From NCBI RefSeq assembly GCF_020885515.1, contig NZ_AP024987.1:180001-212000 (forward strand): DNA of 32,000 bases, read 5' to 3'. Each line of letters opens with the position of its first letter. Position 1 is the first letter of the stretch. The position numbers and the translations under genes were made by a program. Under the pieces are notes generated by a model that was not told where the DNA came from, ran no database searches, and saw only the letters and a program-made list of their open reading frames with translations. The stretch is from a cyanobacterium endosymbiont of Braarudosphaera bigelowii. GTDB taxonomy: Bacteria; Cyanobacteriota; Cyanobacteriia; Cyanobacteriales; Microcystaceae. Shown piece after piece: positions 1 to 9,591 of this stretch.

Positions 1-289
1 ATAAAAAATATTTAAGATAAATATCTTACAGAATTTTAAAATTTTTTGAATAGTTAGCACTATATAAATATAAAGAAGAATAGATTCTATTCTTTAGTCT
101 TTGCATGAATTCTAGATTTTATCCATACTTATATTTTTATATATTGAATATTTTGTATATTTCATTATGTATTGTTTTAATAGTATTTAGTAATAAATAA
201 ACTTCTATTATTGTCATATAAGTTTACAAGTTTTTATTATTTCTGTGAATTATGCATAACATTGCTATAGATATCAAATCAGAAAACTT

Positions 290-1192
290 ATGTTAGGATT
301 TATTGGTTTAAACAAACCTTCGGGATTAACATCTCATGATTGTATTAATAAATTAAGAAAGCTATTAGATATTAAAAAAATAGGTCATGGAGGTACTCTT
401 GACCCTACTGCTACAGGTGTATTGCCTATAGCAGTAGGTAAGGCAACACGTTTATTACCTTTTCTACCGAAAAACAAAGCTTACAACGCTACTATAATTT
501 TTGGCTTACAGACACAAACAGACGACTTAGAAGGAGAAATTATTAAGGTAAAATCTGGAATTAATCTTGTTCTACAGGATATTGAGCCTTTGTTAAAAAA
601 ATTTTTGGGAAATATTAAACAAATTCCACCTTTATATAGCGCTATCCAAAAGAATGGTAAGCGTTTATACTTTTCTGCAAGGAAAGGAGAAAAAGTAGAT
701 ATACCAGTAAGAACAGTTAGAATCGATATGATCAAAATACTAAATTGGAGTCCTGGTGAATTTCCAGCATTAACAATTAATATTCAATGTGGTTCAGGAA
801 CTTATATTAGGTCATTAGCTAGAGATTTAGGGCAGGCACTAGGTATTGGTGGAACTTTGGCTAAGCTCGTTAGAACAGAAAGTTGTGGCATTTTGTTACC
901 ACATACATTAACCTTGGAAAGAATCAATAAACAATTAAAATACGACAAATTTTCCTTAATTGAGCCAGAATCTTTATTAAAAGAACTTCCAATTTTGAAC
1001 CTATCTTCAGCAGATGGTATACGTTGGTGTCAAGGACAAAAAGTGTTTACTGATATCTTGAATGTAGAATTATTTCCTAAGTTTGTCCGAATTAACAATG
1101 AGAAGGAACATTTCCTAGGAATAGGTAGTTATATGTATGATGGTAAAAATAATTTTCTTAAACCTAAAGTTGTTGTCAGAGAAAATTTGTAA
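290..1192 (+). CDS. truB: tRNA pseudouridine(55) synthase TruB
   Basis: 300-aa ORF. N-terminal TruB signature GHGGTLDPTATGVLPIAVGKATRL includes the catalytic Asp. Downstream PPLYSAIQKNGKRLY and GTYIRSLARDLG motifs are also present. Confidence 0.93.
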   Translation: MLGFIGLNKPSGLTSHDCINKLRKLLDIKKIGHGGTLDPTATGVLPIAVGKATRLLPFLPKNKAYNATIIFGLQTQTDDLEGEIIKVKSGINLVLQDIEPLLKKFLGNIKQIPPLYSAIQKNGKRLYFSARKGEKVDIPVRTVRIDMIKILNWSPGEFPALTINIQCGSGTYIRSLARDLGQALGIGGTLAKLVRTESCGILLPHTLTLERINKQLKYDKFSLIEPESLLKELPILNLSSADGIRWCQGQKVFTDILNVELFPKFVRINNEKEHFLGIGSYMYDGKNNFLKPKVVVRENL

Positions 1193-1234
1193 CTTCATGT
1201 CTAAAATATAATTATGATTTTGATGAATAAACTA

Positions 1235-1930
1235 CTAAGAAAATAATATATTCCCACAATTTTTGTTAATAGGAATTGCTTGTTTTATTTTAGAAGGTTG
1301 AGATAGCTTAATTTTACTCATGAGATTGATAAATTCTTTACGCTCTACTCCTGTAAAGCGAGGATTATTTTTTCTTTCCTCTCCAATAGTTGATACAGTA
1401 AATCCTTGATAATCATGTCCTGGATACACTAGGATTTCGTCAGGTAAATTGAAGAGCTTCATAGTTACAGAATCATAAAGAATTCCTGCATCACCACTTT
1501 GAAAATCTGTCCTTCCACATCCCCTAATTAACAAAGCATCTCCAGTCAGGACTAAAGTTTGATTTATTAAATATGAACAATGGCTATCTGTATGTCCAGG
1601 AGTATACATAGCTTCAATTATTGTATTACCTAATAATAGAGTTTCTTTATCATCAATGAAACGATCTGCACATTTAATAACTTCATTTTTTGGTATGATT
1701 CCTAGACATCGAGTTAATTCCCTCAACTTTCCTGTACCTGTTATATGATCAGCATGAATATGAGTTTCTAAGCAGTATTTTAAAATTAAATTTAATTCTT
1801 TAATAAGTTTAATATCTCTTGCAACGTTCTCAAATACTGGATCAACTAAAATCGCTTCTCTTGTATGGGGATCGGCTACTAGATAGGTATACGTTGATGA
1901 TTCTTTATCAAATAACTGACGAAAAAGCAT
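1235..1930 (-). CDS. Metallo-beta-lactamase-fold protein, ETHE1-type persulfide dioxygenase / glyoxalase II family
   Basis: 231 aa with the HxHxDH metal motif (HIHADHITG). The N-terminus MLFRQLFDKESSTYTYLV and the C-terminal NPRF...IPINKNCG pattern resemble ETHE1-like enzymes as I remember them. The exact substrate is inferred only. Confidence 0.78.
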   Translation of the reverse strand: MLFRQLFDKESSTYTYLVADPHTREAILVDPVFENVARDIKLIKELNLILKYCLETHIHADHITGTGKLRELTRCLGIIPKNEVIKCADRFIDDKETLLLGNTIIEAMYTPGHTDSHCSYLINQTLVLTGDALLIRGCGRTDFQSGDAGILYDSVTMKLFNLPDEILVYPGHDYQGFTVSTIGEERKNNPRFTGVERKEFINLMSKIKLSQPSKIKQAIPINKNCGNILFS

Positions 1931-2007
1931 AAAATAATGTAATAATTTTGTTATTTATCATACAGCAGTTAAAGGACTTTTTTTTAAACTTTCCAAGAAG
2001 CAAAACA

Positions 2008-2040
2008 TATTATTAGTAATAGAAACTATTACTAATAATA
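2008..2040. repeat. Perfect inverted repeat, 15-bp arms with a 3-nt spacer (TATTATTAGTAATAG-AAA-CTATTACTAATAATA)
   Basis: All 15 pairs verified base by base (2008-2022 against 2026-2040). It lies 78 nt upstream of the start of the minus-strand MBL gene, inside the divergent MBL/alr spacer. Confidence 0.7.
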
Positions 2041-2385
2041 AACTAATTACAGTTATATTCTTATACTCTTATTTACAAAATGTGAGAGCTTAATATATTG
2101 AGCTGATAAGTAAAAGTATTTGGAATAAAATAAAAAAATACTAAAAAACAATATGTTTATTTTTTAGATTACAATTAAACGTTAATTAAAAACTATTAAA
2201 TAAATGACAAGAAATAATAAGTTATTTTATCTTATTCATAACAATCAAAGCATTAAAAAATAATTTATTAAATAGATGTATATAATCATATGTTTTTGAA
2301 AATTTATTATACTTATTAAATATATTCATATGCTAATGATTTATTTTGGTTAATAAATATACAAAAATGGAGAGTAGTCAATAAA

Positions 2386-3585
2386 GTGCCATATCAAGAA
2401 TTGACTCAAAAAATTGTAACTCTGGATCTTTATAGTTATTACTTTTCTAAAATTACTTGTCAAAGGGCATGGATGCAAATAGACCTTGATGCTTTAGTTT
2501 ATAATGTAACTCAAATCAAGAATTTATTATCTACTCAAACTTCATTGATGGCAGTTGTAAAAGCTGATGGTTATGGTCACGGAGGAGTTGCCATTGCTAA
2601 AACAGTACTCAAAGCAGGGGCGAATGCTTTGGCAGTAGCTACATTAATGGAGGGGATAGAATTACGTGAAGCAGGTATTGATTCGCCAATATTAGTATTA
2701 GGGGTAACGAATACACCCGAAGAAGTAGTTGCTAACATTCATTGGAATTTAGAAGCTACACTTTGCTGTCCAGAACAAGCTTTTATGATTTCCAGAACTT
2801 TATCCCAATACAAAAAAACATTATCTGTCCATCTTAAACTAGACACAGGAATGTCTCGTCTAGGTACTCCCTGGTATCAAGGAACTAGATTAATTAAACT
2901 AGTACAAAGACTACCATACTTAACATTAGCGGGTATTTATTCTCACCTTGCTGCATCTGATGACCCTAATACTGAAAGTATAGAATTACAGCATCAACGT
3001 TTTGAAACGGTAATTTCTAATTTAAAAGACTACAATAAACCTTGTTTACATTTCGCTAATTCTGCGGCTACGCTTAACTATCCTCAACTACATTATAGCT
3101 TGGTAAGAGTAGGATTAGCTCTATATGGTCTCTATCCATCTCCTCATTTACGTTCTCGAGTTTCTCTGAGGCCTATATTACAAGTTAAAGCAAAGATTAC
3201 TCAAATTAAAACTATTTCTCAAGGAACAAAGGTTAGTTACGGTCACCAATTTACTAGTAAACACTCAATGATAATAGCAATAGTCAGTATTGGCTATGCT
3301 GATGGTGTCCCTCGAAATTTATCTAATCGACTTCAAGTATTAATCCATGGCCAGAGAGCATATCAAATTGGAGCTATTACTATGGATCAGTTAATATTAG
3401 ATATAAGTCACCTAAAAAATATAAAAGTTGGAGATATAGTAACATTAATTGGGAAAGACGGAGAACAAGAAATTACAGCTGATGACTGGGCCTCGGAATT
3501 GGGAACTATTTCTTGGGAAATTCTTTGTGGCTTTAAACGTCGATTACCTAGAGTTAATATTCAAAATATTTTTAACAAAGATTAA
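2386..3585 (+). CDS. alr: Alanine racemase
   Basis: 399 aa with the PLP-lysine motif AVVKADGYGHG and a typical C-terminal beta-domain. The GTG start at 2386 has GGAG 13 nt upstream. The first ATG (2473) falls after the conserved RAW residues, so the upstream start is preferred. Confidence 0.92.
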   Translation: MPYQELTQKIVTLDLYSYYFSKITCQRAWMQIDLDALVYNVTQIKNLLSTQTSLMAVVKADGYGHGGVAIAKTVLKAGANALAVATLMEGIELREAGIDSPILVLGVTNTPEEVVANIHWNLEATLCCPEQAFMISRTLSQYKKTLSVHLKLDTGMSRLGTPWYQGTRLIKLVQRLPYLTLAGIYSHLAASDDPNTESIELQHQRFETVISNLKDYNKPCLHFANSAATLNYPQLHYSLVRVGLALYGLYPSPHLRSRVSLRPILQVKAKITQIKTISQGTKVSYGHQFTSKHSMIIAIVSIGYADGVPRNLSNRLQVLIHGQRAYQIGAITMDQLILDISHLKNIKVGDIVTLIGKDGEQEITADDWASELGTISWEILCGFKRRLPRVNIQNIFNKD

Positions 3586-3727
3586 TAATTACGGAATTTA
3601 CAATTTTTTGTATAAATTTTAAAATTAGTTTTGCTACTCACTTTTTTATAATGAACATTCTTTTAAGAAGTTAAAAAGACATTAATAGAATCCACAATTA
3701 ATAATTATTCTAAATAAGTCCTAATCA

Positions 3728-4237
3728 ATGTCAATATTACGCTCTATTGTAATAAATCAAAAAGAAATTCACAACACTTGTGAACTATATATTGTGAAAC
3801 CTACAAGATTTATTTTGTATAACTATTCTAAGCTGTTGCCAAGTTGGAATGGATCACCCCATTCTCTGATTATCTTTTTATTATACTCTACAGTACCTTT
3901 GGATAATAATTGTGTGCAAGTTCAAAAGGAAAAGAAAAGATTAAGGCAAAAGTTTTTAAGATTAGGAAATATTATTCAACCAATTTTACAAAAAAAACAG
4001 TATTTAACTGAAATTATAGATCCTCGAGATGGAAAACTAGTTAGTTCAATTTCTGGATATATTTTTTTTGATAGTGTAACAATTATTCATAAGTCATTAA
4101 AGATGAATTATGTTTCTGCTAAACAATGTAAGTTACTATATCATCCATTTCAAAAGACAAATATTTATCCTGGTTTAATGATATCAAATGCTAGAGTTAA
4201 TAGAGTTAATAATTTGATAGCAGCAAATATTTTTTAG
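3728..4237 (+). CDS. Conserved hypothetical protein, MMADHC (CblD)-like
   Basis: 169 aa. The C-terminal half (EIIDPRDGKLV...CKLLYHPFQKTNIYPGLMISNA) matches, from memory, the human MMADHC pattern DFIDPSSGLAF...[23 protein letters not shown]. No search was run. Confidence 0.45.
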   Translation: MSILRSIVINQKEIHNTCELYIVKPTRFILYNYSKLLPSWNGSPHSLIIFLLYSTVPLDNNCVQVQKEKKRLRQKFLRLGNIIQPILQKKQYLTEIIDPRDGKLVSSISGYIFFDSVTIIHKSLKMNYVSAKQCKLLYHPFQKTNIYPGLMISNARVNRVNNLIAANIF

Positions 4238-4273
4238 AGTTGAAGCTAATAAGTTATTTATATTTAACTACTA

Positions 4274-4306
4274 CTAACAATAATGATCAACGTATTTTAT
4301 TGTTAG
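4274..4306 (+). terminator. Hairpin 37 nt downstream of the MMADHC-like gene (10-bp perfect stem CTAACAATAA/TTATTGTTAG, 13-nt loop)
   Basis: Inverted repeat read directly from the sequence. There is no clear U-tract, so the terminator role is inferred from position only. Confidence 0.35.
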
Positions 4307-4408
4307 ATTACTATTGCTTGGTATAGATATAGTATACTTATGTATCCAGAATATTAATAAATAAGGAGTTTGCTTTATCTCTAGAGGTTGTGAAAATAAA
4401 ATAGAAAA

Positions 4409-4458
4409 TCACACTACCTGAAAACAATTAAAACATTAATGACTTCAAAGTAGTGTGA
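4409..4458 (-). terminator. Hairpin immediately downstream of rpsF (9-bp stem TCACACTAC/GTAGTGTGA, 32-nt loop)
   Basis: The inverted repeat is seen 12 nt past the rpsF stop and is followed on the minus strand by T-rich sequence. The large loop weakens the call. Confidence 0.3.
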
Positions 4459-4469
4459 AAAACAAATAA

Positions 4470-4910
4470 TTATCCTTCAGAGTCTATTAATTCTACTATT
4501 TTTGTTTCAGTAGCTTCAGATTCAGAAGCTTTGGATTTGATATCTTCTGCCTCTTCTTGTTTTTCTGTAATCTCAGAATTAGACTCATTACTATCAAGTT
4601 CAGAAGTTTGTTTGGTTAAATCTTCTTCTACCTTAATTGTAAGATAGCGTAATACATCTTCCTCTAAACGCATTATCCTTTCTAAAGGTTCAATCTGCGT
4701 ACCATCAGCTTTATAGTTAAACTGAACATATATACCATCAAGTTTTTTCTGAATAGGATAAGCAAGACGACGCTTTCCCCAAACTTTCACCTCGATATCA
4801 ACAGCACCGTTTTTAATTAGAAAGTCTTGGTATTTAGTTACTGCCTGATTTGCCTGCTCTTCAGATAAATCAGGTCGTAAGATATAAATCATTTCATAGT
4901 TTTGACTCAT
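4470..4910 (-). CDS. rpsF: 30S ribosomal protein S6 with an acidic C-terminal tail
   Basis: 146 aa with the S6 signature [15 protein letters not shown]...[14 protein letters not shown] canonical AGGAG Shine-Dalgarno lies 9 nt upstream of the ATG. Confidence 0.93.
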   Translation of the reverse strand: MSQNYEMIYILRPDLSEEQANQAVTKYQDFLIKNGAVDIEVKVWGKRRLAYPIQKKLDGIYVQFNYKADGTQIEPLERIMRLEEDVLRYLTIKVEEDLTKQTSELDSNESNSEITEKQEEAEDIKSKASESEATETKIVELIDSEG

Positions 4911-5436
4911 TACTTTAAACTCCTTTTGGACATATTGGCTTCTAGTTTAGTCATAATTTTCTGATTAAGAAGCAAGGATTGTTGAAGACAAATACAAAGC
5001 AGTAAAGCCTTGCTTTTGATATAAATTCTTCAATACTACACTGCCACTGGATGTAATTATTATACTTGCACAAGATGAATCAGATATAGTTAATTTAACT
5101 GATTATGAACGTTTATGCCAAGATTTTAAAAGTAAATCAGCTCAAATTAAGGTTTTTTTAGTTGAACAGTATGACTTTTACACTAATTTTTAGAAAGGTA
5201 TAATGATCCCTTAAAATCAAAGTTTACAAAAAAATTTTAATTTATTATAAGACTTACTATAAGTACTAAATTTTTTCGATATATATAAAAAATTATTAAG
5301 TATTTATTCCCTAGTTATAGTATTTATCTTTTTAGCAGTTCTTCAATTAGAGCTTCAACAAAAACCGACAGTATAACTAGGAAAATAATAAAGAAAGAGC
5401 CTCATATAATTTTTTAAGTTAATCATTTAGACCCAA

Positions 5437-5982
5437 TCACCGAATACGCGAATACGCAGCTTCAGAAATAGTAGGAATTTCTGCATATCGACCTAATACA
5501 CTTTGAACCATAGAATAATAGGAAGCAACAAGACCACCTAAAAAGATAAGACTATAAAAAGTTTCTATAAATAACCCACTATGTCCCAAGGTAGGGATTA
5601 GAACATATTGCATTACAATTCTTGCTAACGCTAATGAAATTGATATCAGAATAGATTGCATTGTATTGTAACGAATAAAATGACTAATTTTTTCATTTCT
5701 TACAACTGCTGCGAAAAGTATAATAAATACTGCAAAGCTAGCAAAACTTCCGAGAGGCCCTAGTAATGATGCAAGAAGTCCATAGCTTAATTCTACTGGT
5801 AAAGCAGGAAAACAGAAAAAACCAAAAGCAGGAAACTGTTGTAATAAGAAGCTTCCAAAAAATAAAGTGTCATAAATGGCAAAGCAATAGACTATTATTC
5901 CAAAAATACGGTCCGGTATACTTACTGATCCACGCCATGTCATTGTTAATACTCCTTTATTCTTAAAAAGATTGAATACCAT
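5437..5982 (-). CDS. Tic20/Ycf60-like membrane protein
   Basis: 181 aa with four hydrophobic segments. The motif FIRYNTMQSILISI and the C-terminal GRYAEIPTISEAAY match the cyanobacterial Tic20-family pattern as I remember it. Confidence 0.7.
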   Translation of the reverse strand: MVFNLFKNKGVLTMTWRGSVSIPDRIFGIIVYCFAIYDTLFFGSFLLQQFPAFGFFCFPALPVELSYGLLASLLGPLGSFASFAVFIILFAAVVRNEKISHFIRYNTMQSILISISLALARIVMQYVLIPTLGHSGLFIETFYSLIFLGGLVASYYSMVQSVLGRYAEIPTISEAAYSRIR

Positions 5983-6086
5983 TAATGTACAACATTTATT
6001 GGAAATAATATTATCCAGTTTTAATTCATATAGATTTACCTACAAAAAATTTTAAAACAGTAACTTTTACTATGAGTTTTATAAAT

Positions 6087-6626
6087 TTACTTTAAATCTA
6101 ATAAGCCTTTTTCTTTTAATTTAGGATTAAATCTAATTTCAACATTACTACCACGGTTCAAAAGACATTTTTCAATATTATTTTGAACTTGTCTAGCAAT
6201 TTTCTTTAAAAGTTTTACTTGAGATATTTCGTCACTGTTAGCATAGATTGTTCGATCTTCTTCTGTCATTTGTATTTTTGCATCAATAGGCTGAGTCCAG
6301 AATGCTTCGTATTCTCTATTTTTAAGGATGCAGTTTTCATATTGACTAATCCAATCCATTTTAATTTCTTCTAGAATACTGCGATTGGGATGGTCTATTA
6401 TTTCGAATTTTAGCCAATAACAATTATCTGGTTGACGAACTAAGTGTTGTTTTAAGCTTAAATAAATATCACGAGAATAGCCTATAAATTGGATATGTTT
6501 ATCTTTATTAAAGATTGCATAAACTCCTATTTTTTTACATAATGTCTCATCTATTAGTCCATCATTGTTGAGATATGAAGAATAATTTAATGATTGTAAA
6601 CTTGGTATCTTATTTTTGGTGGCCAT
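6087..6626 (-). CDS. Conserved hypothetical protein with a GIY-YIG-like N-terminal motif
   Basis: 179 aa. GVYAIFNKDKHIQFIGYSRDIYLSLKQHL resembles the GIY...YIG...R core. The remainder is unrecognised. Confidence 0.4.
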   Translation of the reverse strand: MATKNKIPSLQSLNYSSYLNNDGLIDETLCKKIGVYAIFNKDKHIQFIGYSRDIYLSLKQHLVRQPDNCYWLKFEIIDHPNRSILEEIKMDWISQYENCILKNREYEAFWTQPIDAKIQMTEEDRTIYANSDEISQVKLLKKIARQVQNNIEKCLLNRGSNVEIRFNPKLKEKGLLDLK

Positions 6627-7064
6627 AATTTTGAGGAATTAATTAAGTATTAATAATGAGTATCTTGACTGATATATTATACTCAGGTAAGAATTTAAAA
6701 TTCTACGGAAACTATAGTAAATTATATCAATACAATCTCAAAAACTTGATTTATTTTGAAACAAATATCTAATTTTAAGAGCTATGTTCATATGATAACA
6801 ATGACCTTTTTATTAAATATTCAGTAAACTTTTTAATCATTTTAAGTTATTTGGAGAATATTTTATTCCCGAACTAGAGTCTTTAGAACTTAGTAATTAA
6901 TTGATATTTTTATCAAAATTAATGATAATGGAAGACTACATAGTTCTATGTAGGAAATTTACTAGATTAATAATCAAATGAAAGGTCAAATATTTTTCTA
7001 ATCTTTGATGAGTAGATAATTACTTAAATTGACCTCTGCTATAATAATACATACTTGTTAGCCT

Positions 7065-7149
7065 GGAGAGGTGGCAGAGTGGTTGAATGCGGTAGTCTCG
7101 AAAACTATTTTGTTGAAAGGCAACGAGGGTTCGAATCCCTCTCTCTCCG
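7065..7149 (+). tRNA. tRNA-Ser (anticodon CGA), no encoded CCA
   Basis: Cloverleaf folded by hand. Acceptor stem is GGAGAGG/TCTCTCC and the D-stem is GCA/TGC. The anticodon stem GTAGT/ACTAT carries the loop CTCGAAA. There is a long variable arm (GTTG-AAAGG-CAAC). The T-arm is GAGGG-TTCGAAT-CCCTC and the discriminator is G. Confidence 0.9.
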
Positions 7150-7193
7150 TTATAAATCTTAAGTATTTAAAATACTATTTTTCTATAATTTTA

Positions 7194-7778
7194 TTATTTT
7201 AAATAGATTGGCTGTTCATATAAAGAGCCTAATCTGTCAAAAGGCCAAAAACGAACAAAAGCTTTACCAACAATCTTATTTTTAGGGACAAAGCCCCAGT
7301 AGTGGGAATCATAGCTATTATTTCTATTATCTCCAAGGACAAGATATTCGTTTTCCGGTATTCTACTAGGTCCATAATTATAATTAGGAGCTTCAAAAAT
7401 ATACTCTTCAGATATTTTCTCGCCATCTACATATACCTTTCCTGCTTTTACTTCAACCGTTTCTCCAGGAAGTCCTATAATTCGTTTAATAAATGCATCT
7501 TTGAAATTTTCTGCTTCAAGTGATTCCGTTGGATTAAAAACTATTACATCTCCTCGAATTGGCTCTCTGAAGCGATAGCTTATTTTTTCGACAATCAAAC
7601 GATCATTAACTTCTAAAGTCGGTCTCATAGAAGAAGAAGGAATATAACGAGCTTCAGCAAGAAATGTTCGGATACCGAAAGAAAGAATAACTGCAGTGAT
7701 AACAGTTTGAATCAATTCTATCCAAGGATTATTCTTAGAAGTCTGAGAACTTTTATTTTTTTTTGAACTTTGAGTCAT
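7194..7778 (-). CDS. lepB: Signal peptidase I
   Basis: 194 aa with an N-terminal TM anchor. Catalytic Ser box is SSSMRPTL, and the Lys box KRIIGLPGE is present. GDNRNNSYDSHYWGFVP is the signature S26 motif. Confidence 0.92.
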   Translation of the reverse strand: MTQSSKKNKSSQTSKNNPWIELIQTVITAVILSFGIRTFLAEARYIPSSSMRPTLEVNDRLIVEKISYRFREPIRGDVIVFNPTESLEAENFKDAFIKRIIGLPGETVEVKAGKVYVDGEKISEEYIFEAPNYNYGPSRIPENEYLVLGDNRNNSYDSHYWGFVPKNKIVGKAFVRFWPFDRLGSLYEQPIYLK

Positions 7779-8265
7779 ATAAATAAAAATATGTTATTTA
7801 ATTAAAAATTAATATTCTGAAATCTTATTTAATAGAAAAATATAATCTTTTGACTGAATAAAGAGATACTATAAAACAACTTATTAGTTATATTTCTCAA
7901 TTTTCTTCTTTAACAACAAATCTTTAATCAATAATGTATTAATTAAGAACAGAGATATATGACGCTAATGATTTAACTTTGTTGCCTAAAATTATTAATT
8001 TTAATTCATTTTTATAAATTTGAATCTCAGCAAACAATTTACTTTTAGCAATTTGTTTATAATCATTCTAATTAAAATTAGAAATAATATATGTATTTTC
8101 CTATACTCATTAAATATTGTATAAAATTAAGTTTTATATGAAAACATTAGTTTGAGATAACACATAAATAGTAAGTTTTAATATCAATTTTTTTAAATGA
8201 CAGACTATCATACAATGAATATTATATGAAAAATAGTTGTTAGTTCAAATTATTTAACAATCTTA

Positions 8266-8315
8266 AAATTACAAGAAAAATTTTACTTGGAAAAATAAAA
8301 TTTTTCTTGTAATTT
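8266..8315 (-). terminator. 20-bp perfect hairpin (AAATTACAAGAAAAATTTTA / TAAAATTTTTCTTGTAATTT, 10-nt loop) 43 nt downstream of the TPR gene
   Basis: All 20 pairs verified base by base. The position is right for a terminator or RNA-stabilising 3' hairpin. There is no strong U-tract. Confidence 0.5.
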
Positions 8316-8358
8316 ATTATTAGAAATATATATAGTAATATTATTTAAATCAACTTTT

Positions 8359-9591
8359 TTAAAATTCTTTACTTATTGCTTTATTAACTTTTTTAATTTG
8401 CATTAAAAAGTATTCTTGATCATGGTTTAGAGAACGGGCTAAGATCAAGCCTTCCGTAAAAGCAGATAAAGCTAATTCATATTGAAATTTTTCCATATAG
8501 ATTTCTCCTACTATGCCATATGTTTTCATTAATCCATAGTAGTTATACGATATTTTTTCAACCTGAAGTAACTTTTGATAAATTTGTAAAGCGTAGTCAA
8601 CCTGCTTATAACTCTCATAGAGAAACGATAGTTTTATTAATGCTTCTTCTGCAACTCTAAACAGTTTTAATTTCCAGGCTAAGGTATAAGCTTCTTGATA
8701 ATTTTCACTTGCTATTTCTGGCTGATCCAAAAGCTGATAATCTTGGCCAATATCAACTTTAAGTGAAGGTATGAAGTGTATTTTTTGAGTCAAAAAATAG
8801 CTTTTTACTAGTTTTTCCTTAATTTGTACAGAATTATTAGTTTGTGAAGATGCATTATAAATACTAGATAATATTTGTAGATAAAATTCTTCTAAGTGAA
8901 TATTTTTTTTAATTTGTGCCCTATATAGTAATTTCTCATAAATTCTTGCTGCATTAGGAAAATCAAATTTAGCCAAATATAATTTGCCTAAACCTTGTAA
9001 TGATTTTTCTGCAACTAATGTAATTTGTTTTTTTTGAGCATATTTTAAAATCTTTTTATAGATTATAATAGAATTATCTAAGTTATTAAGTTGAAAGTAT
9101 GCATTCGCCAGAACCATTAAAAGATTTAAACTTATAGAACTCTCTTTTTCAGAGATCTCGTGTAAAGTTGAGATCCGTTTACTAATGATTTGTACGTCTT
9201 CTTTTCTAGCTAATTCCCATGCGACTTTTCCTATTTCTCCCAACCTATTAATTTCTTCAATTCTTCCTAATACTCTTCCTAGCCTTAATTCTCTATACCA
9301 GACTGAAAAAGCAAGATCAACATTACCCATATTTAGCTCTTTTTGCGCTTTTTGATTTAATTTATTAAGATTTTTTCTTAATCGAGTCTGCTCTAAAATT
9401 GTTAATGGACGAACAATATGAGGAATCAAGGGATCTGTTAAAGGTATTTCTAGAGGATCTAATGCAGGTTCTGGCAAAGATAATGCTAGGTCATATAAAA
9501 AAATACAATTATTGAAACTAACAATAAAAACTATACTTCCCAAAGTACAAATTTTATTTATAGAAAAAAAATGAATCATAATAGTTGGCAA
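8359..9591 (-). CDS. TPR-repeat protein with an N-terminal hydrophobic anchor or signal
   Basis: 410 aa with repeated roughly 34-aa helical A/Y/L patterns (e.g. LANAYFQLNNLDNSIIIYKKIL, LGKLYLAKFDFPNAARIYEKLL). The ORF opens with TTG and the first ATG is 4 codons in, so the start is uncertain. Confidence 0.6.
   Translation of the reverse strand: MPTIMIHFFSINKICTLGSIVFIVSFNNCIFLYDLALSLPEPALDPLEIPLTDPLIPHIVRPLTILEQTRLRKNLNKLNQKAQKELNMGNVDLAFSVWYRELRLGRVLGRIEEINRLGEIGKVAWELARKEDVQIISKRISTLHEISEKESSISLNLLMVLANAYFQLNNLDNSIIIYKKILKYAQKKQITLVAEKSLQGLGKLYLAKFDFPNAARIYEKLLYRAQIKKNIHLEEFYLQILSSIYNASSQTNNSVQIKEKLVKSYFLTQKIHFIPSLKVDIGQDYQLLDQPEIASENYQEAYTLAWKLKLFRVAEEALIKLSFLYESYKQVDYALQIYQKLLQVEKISYNYYGLMKTYGIVGEIYMEKFQYELALSAFTEGLILARSLNHDQEYFLMQIKKVNKAISKEF

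Noticed and set aside
481-735. Short ORFs from the six-frame track that lie inside or antisense to larger conserved genes. They are 481-735, 5766-5966, 7229-7426, 7302-7523, 9861-10046, 10712-10909, 10781-11053, 10818-11036, 11029-11232, 12076-12258, 12787-12978, 13537-13728, 16361-16576, 17135-17452, 17560-17745, 21682-21888, 24538-24720, 28473-28661 and 30655-30864.
   Set aside because: Each overlaps a gene with strong family signatures on the other strand or in another frame. Their translations are low-complexity I/F/K/S-rich strings with no recognisable motif. They are best explained as chance open frames.
7030-7064. Promoter for tRNA-Ser (TTGACC at 7030-7035 and TATAAT at 7041-7046).
   Set aside because: The two hexamers are only 5 bp apart, so they cannot form one sigma-70-type promoter. 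A TATAAT in AT-rich DNA is not informative on its own.
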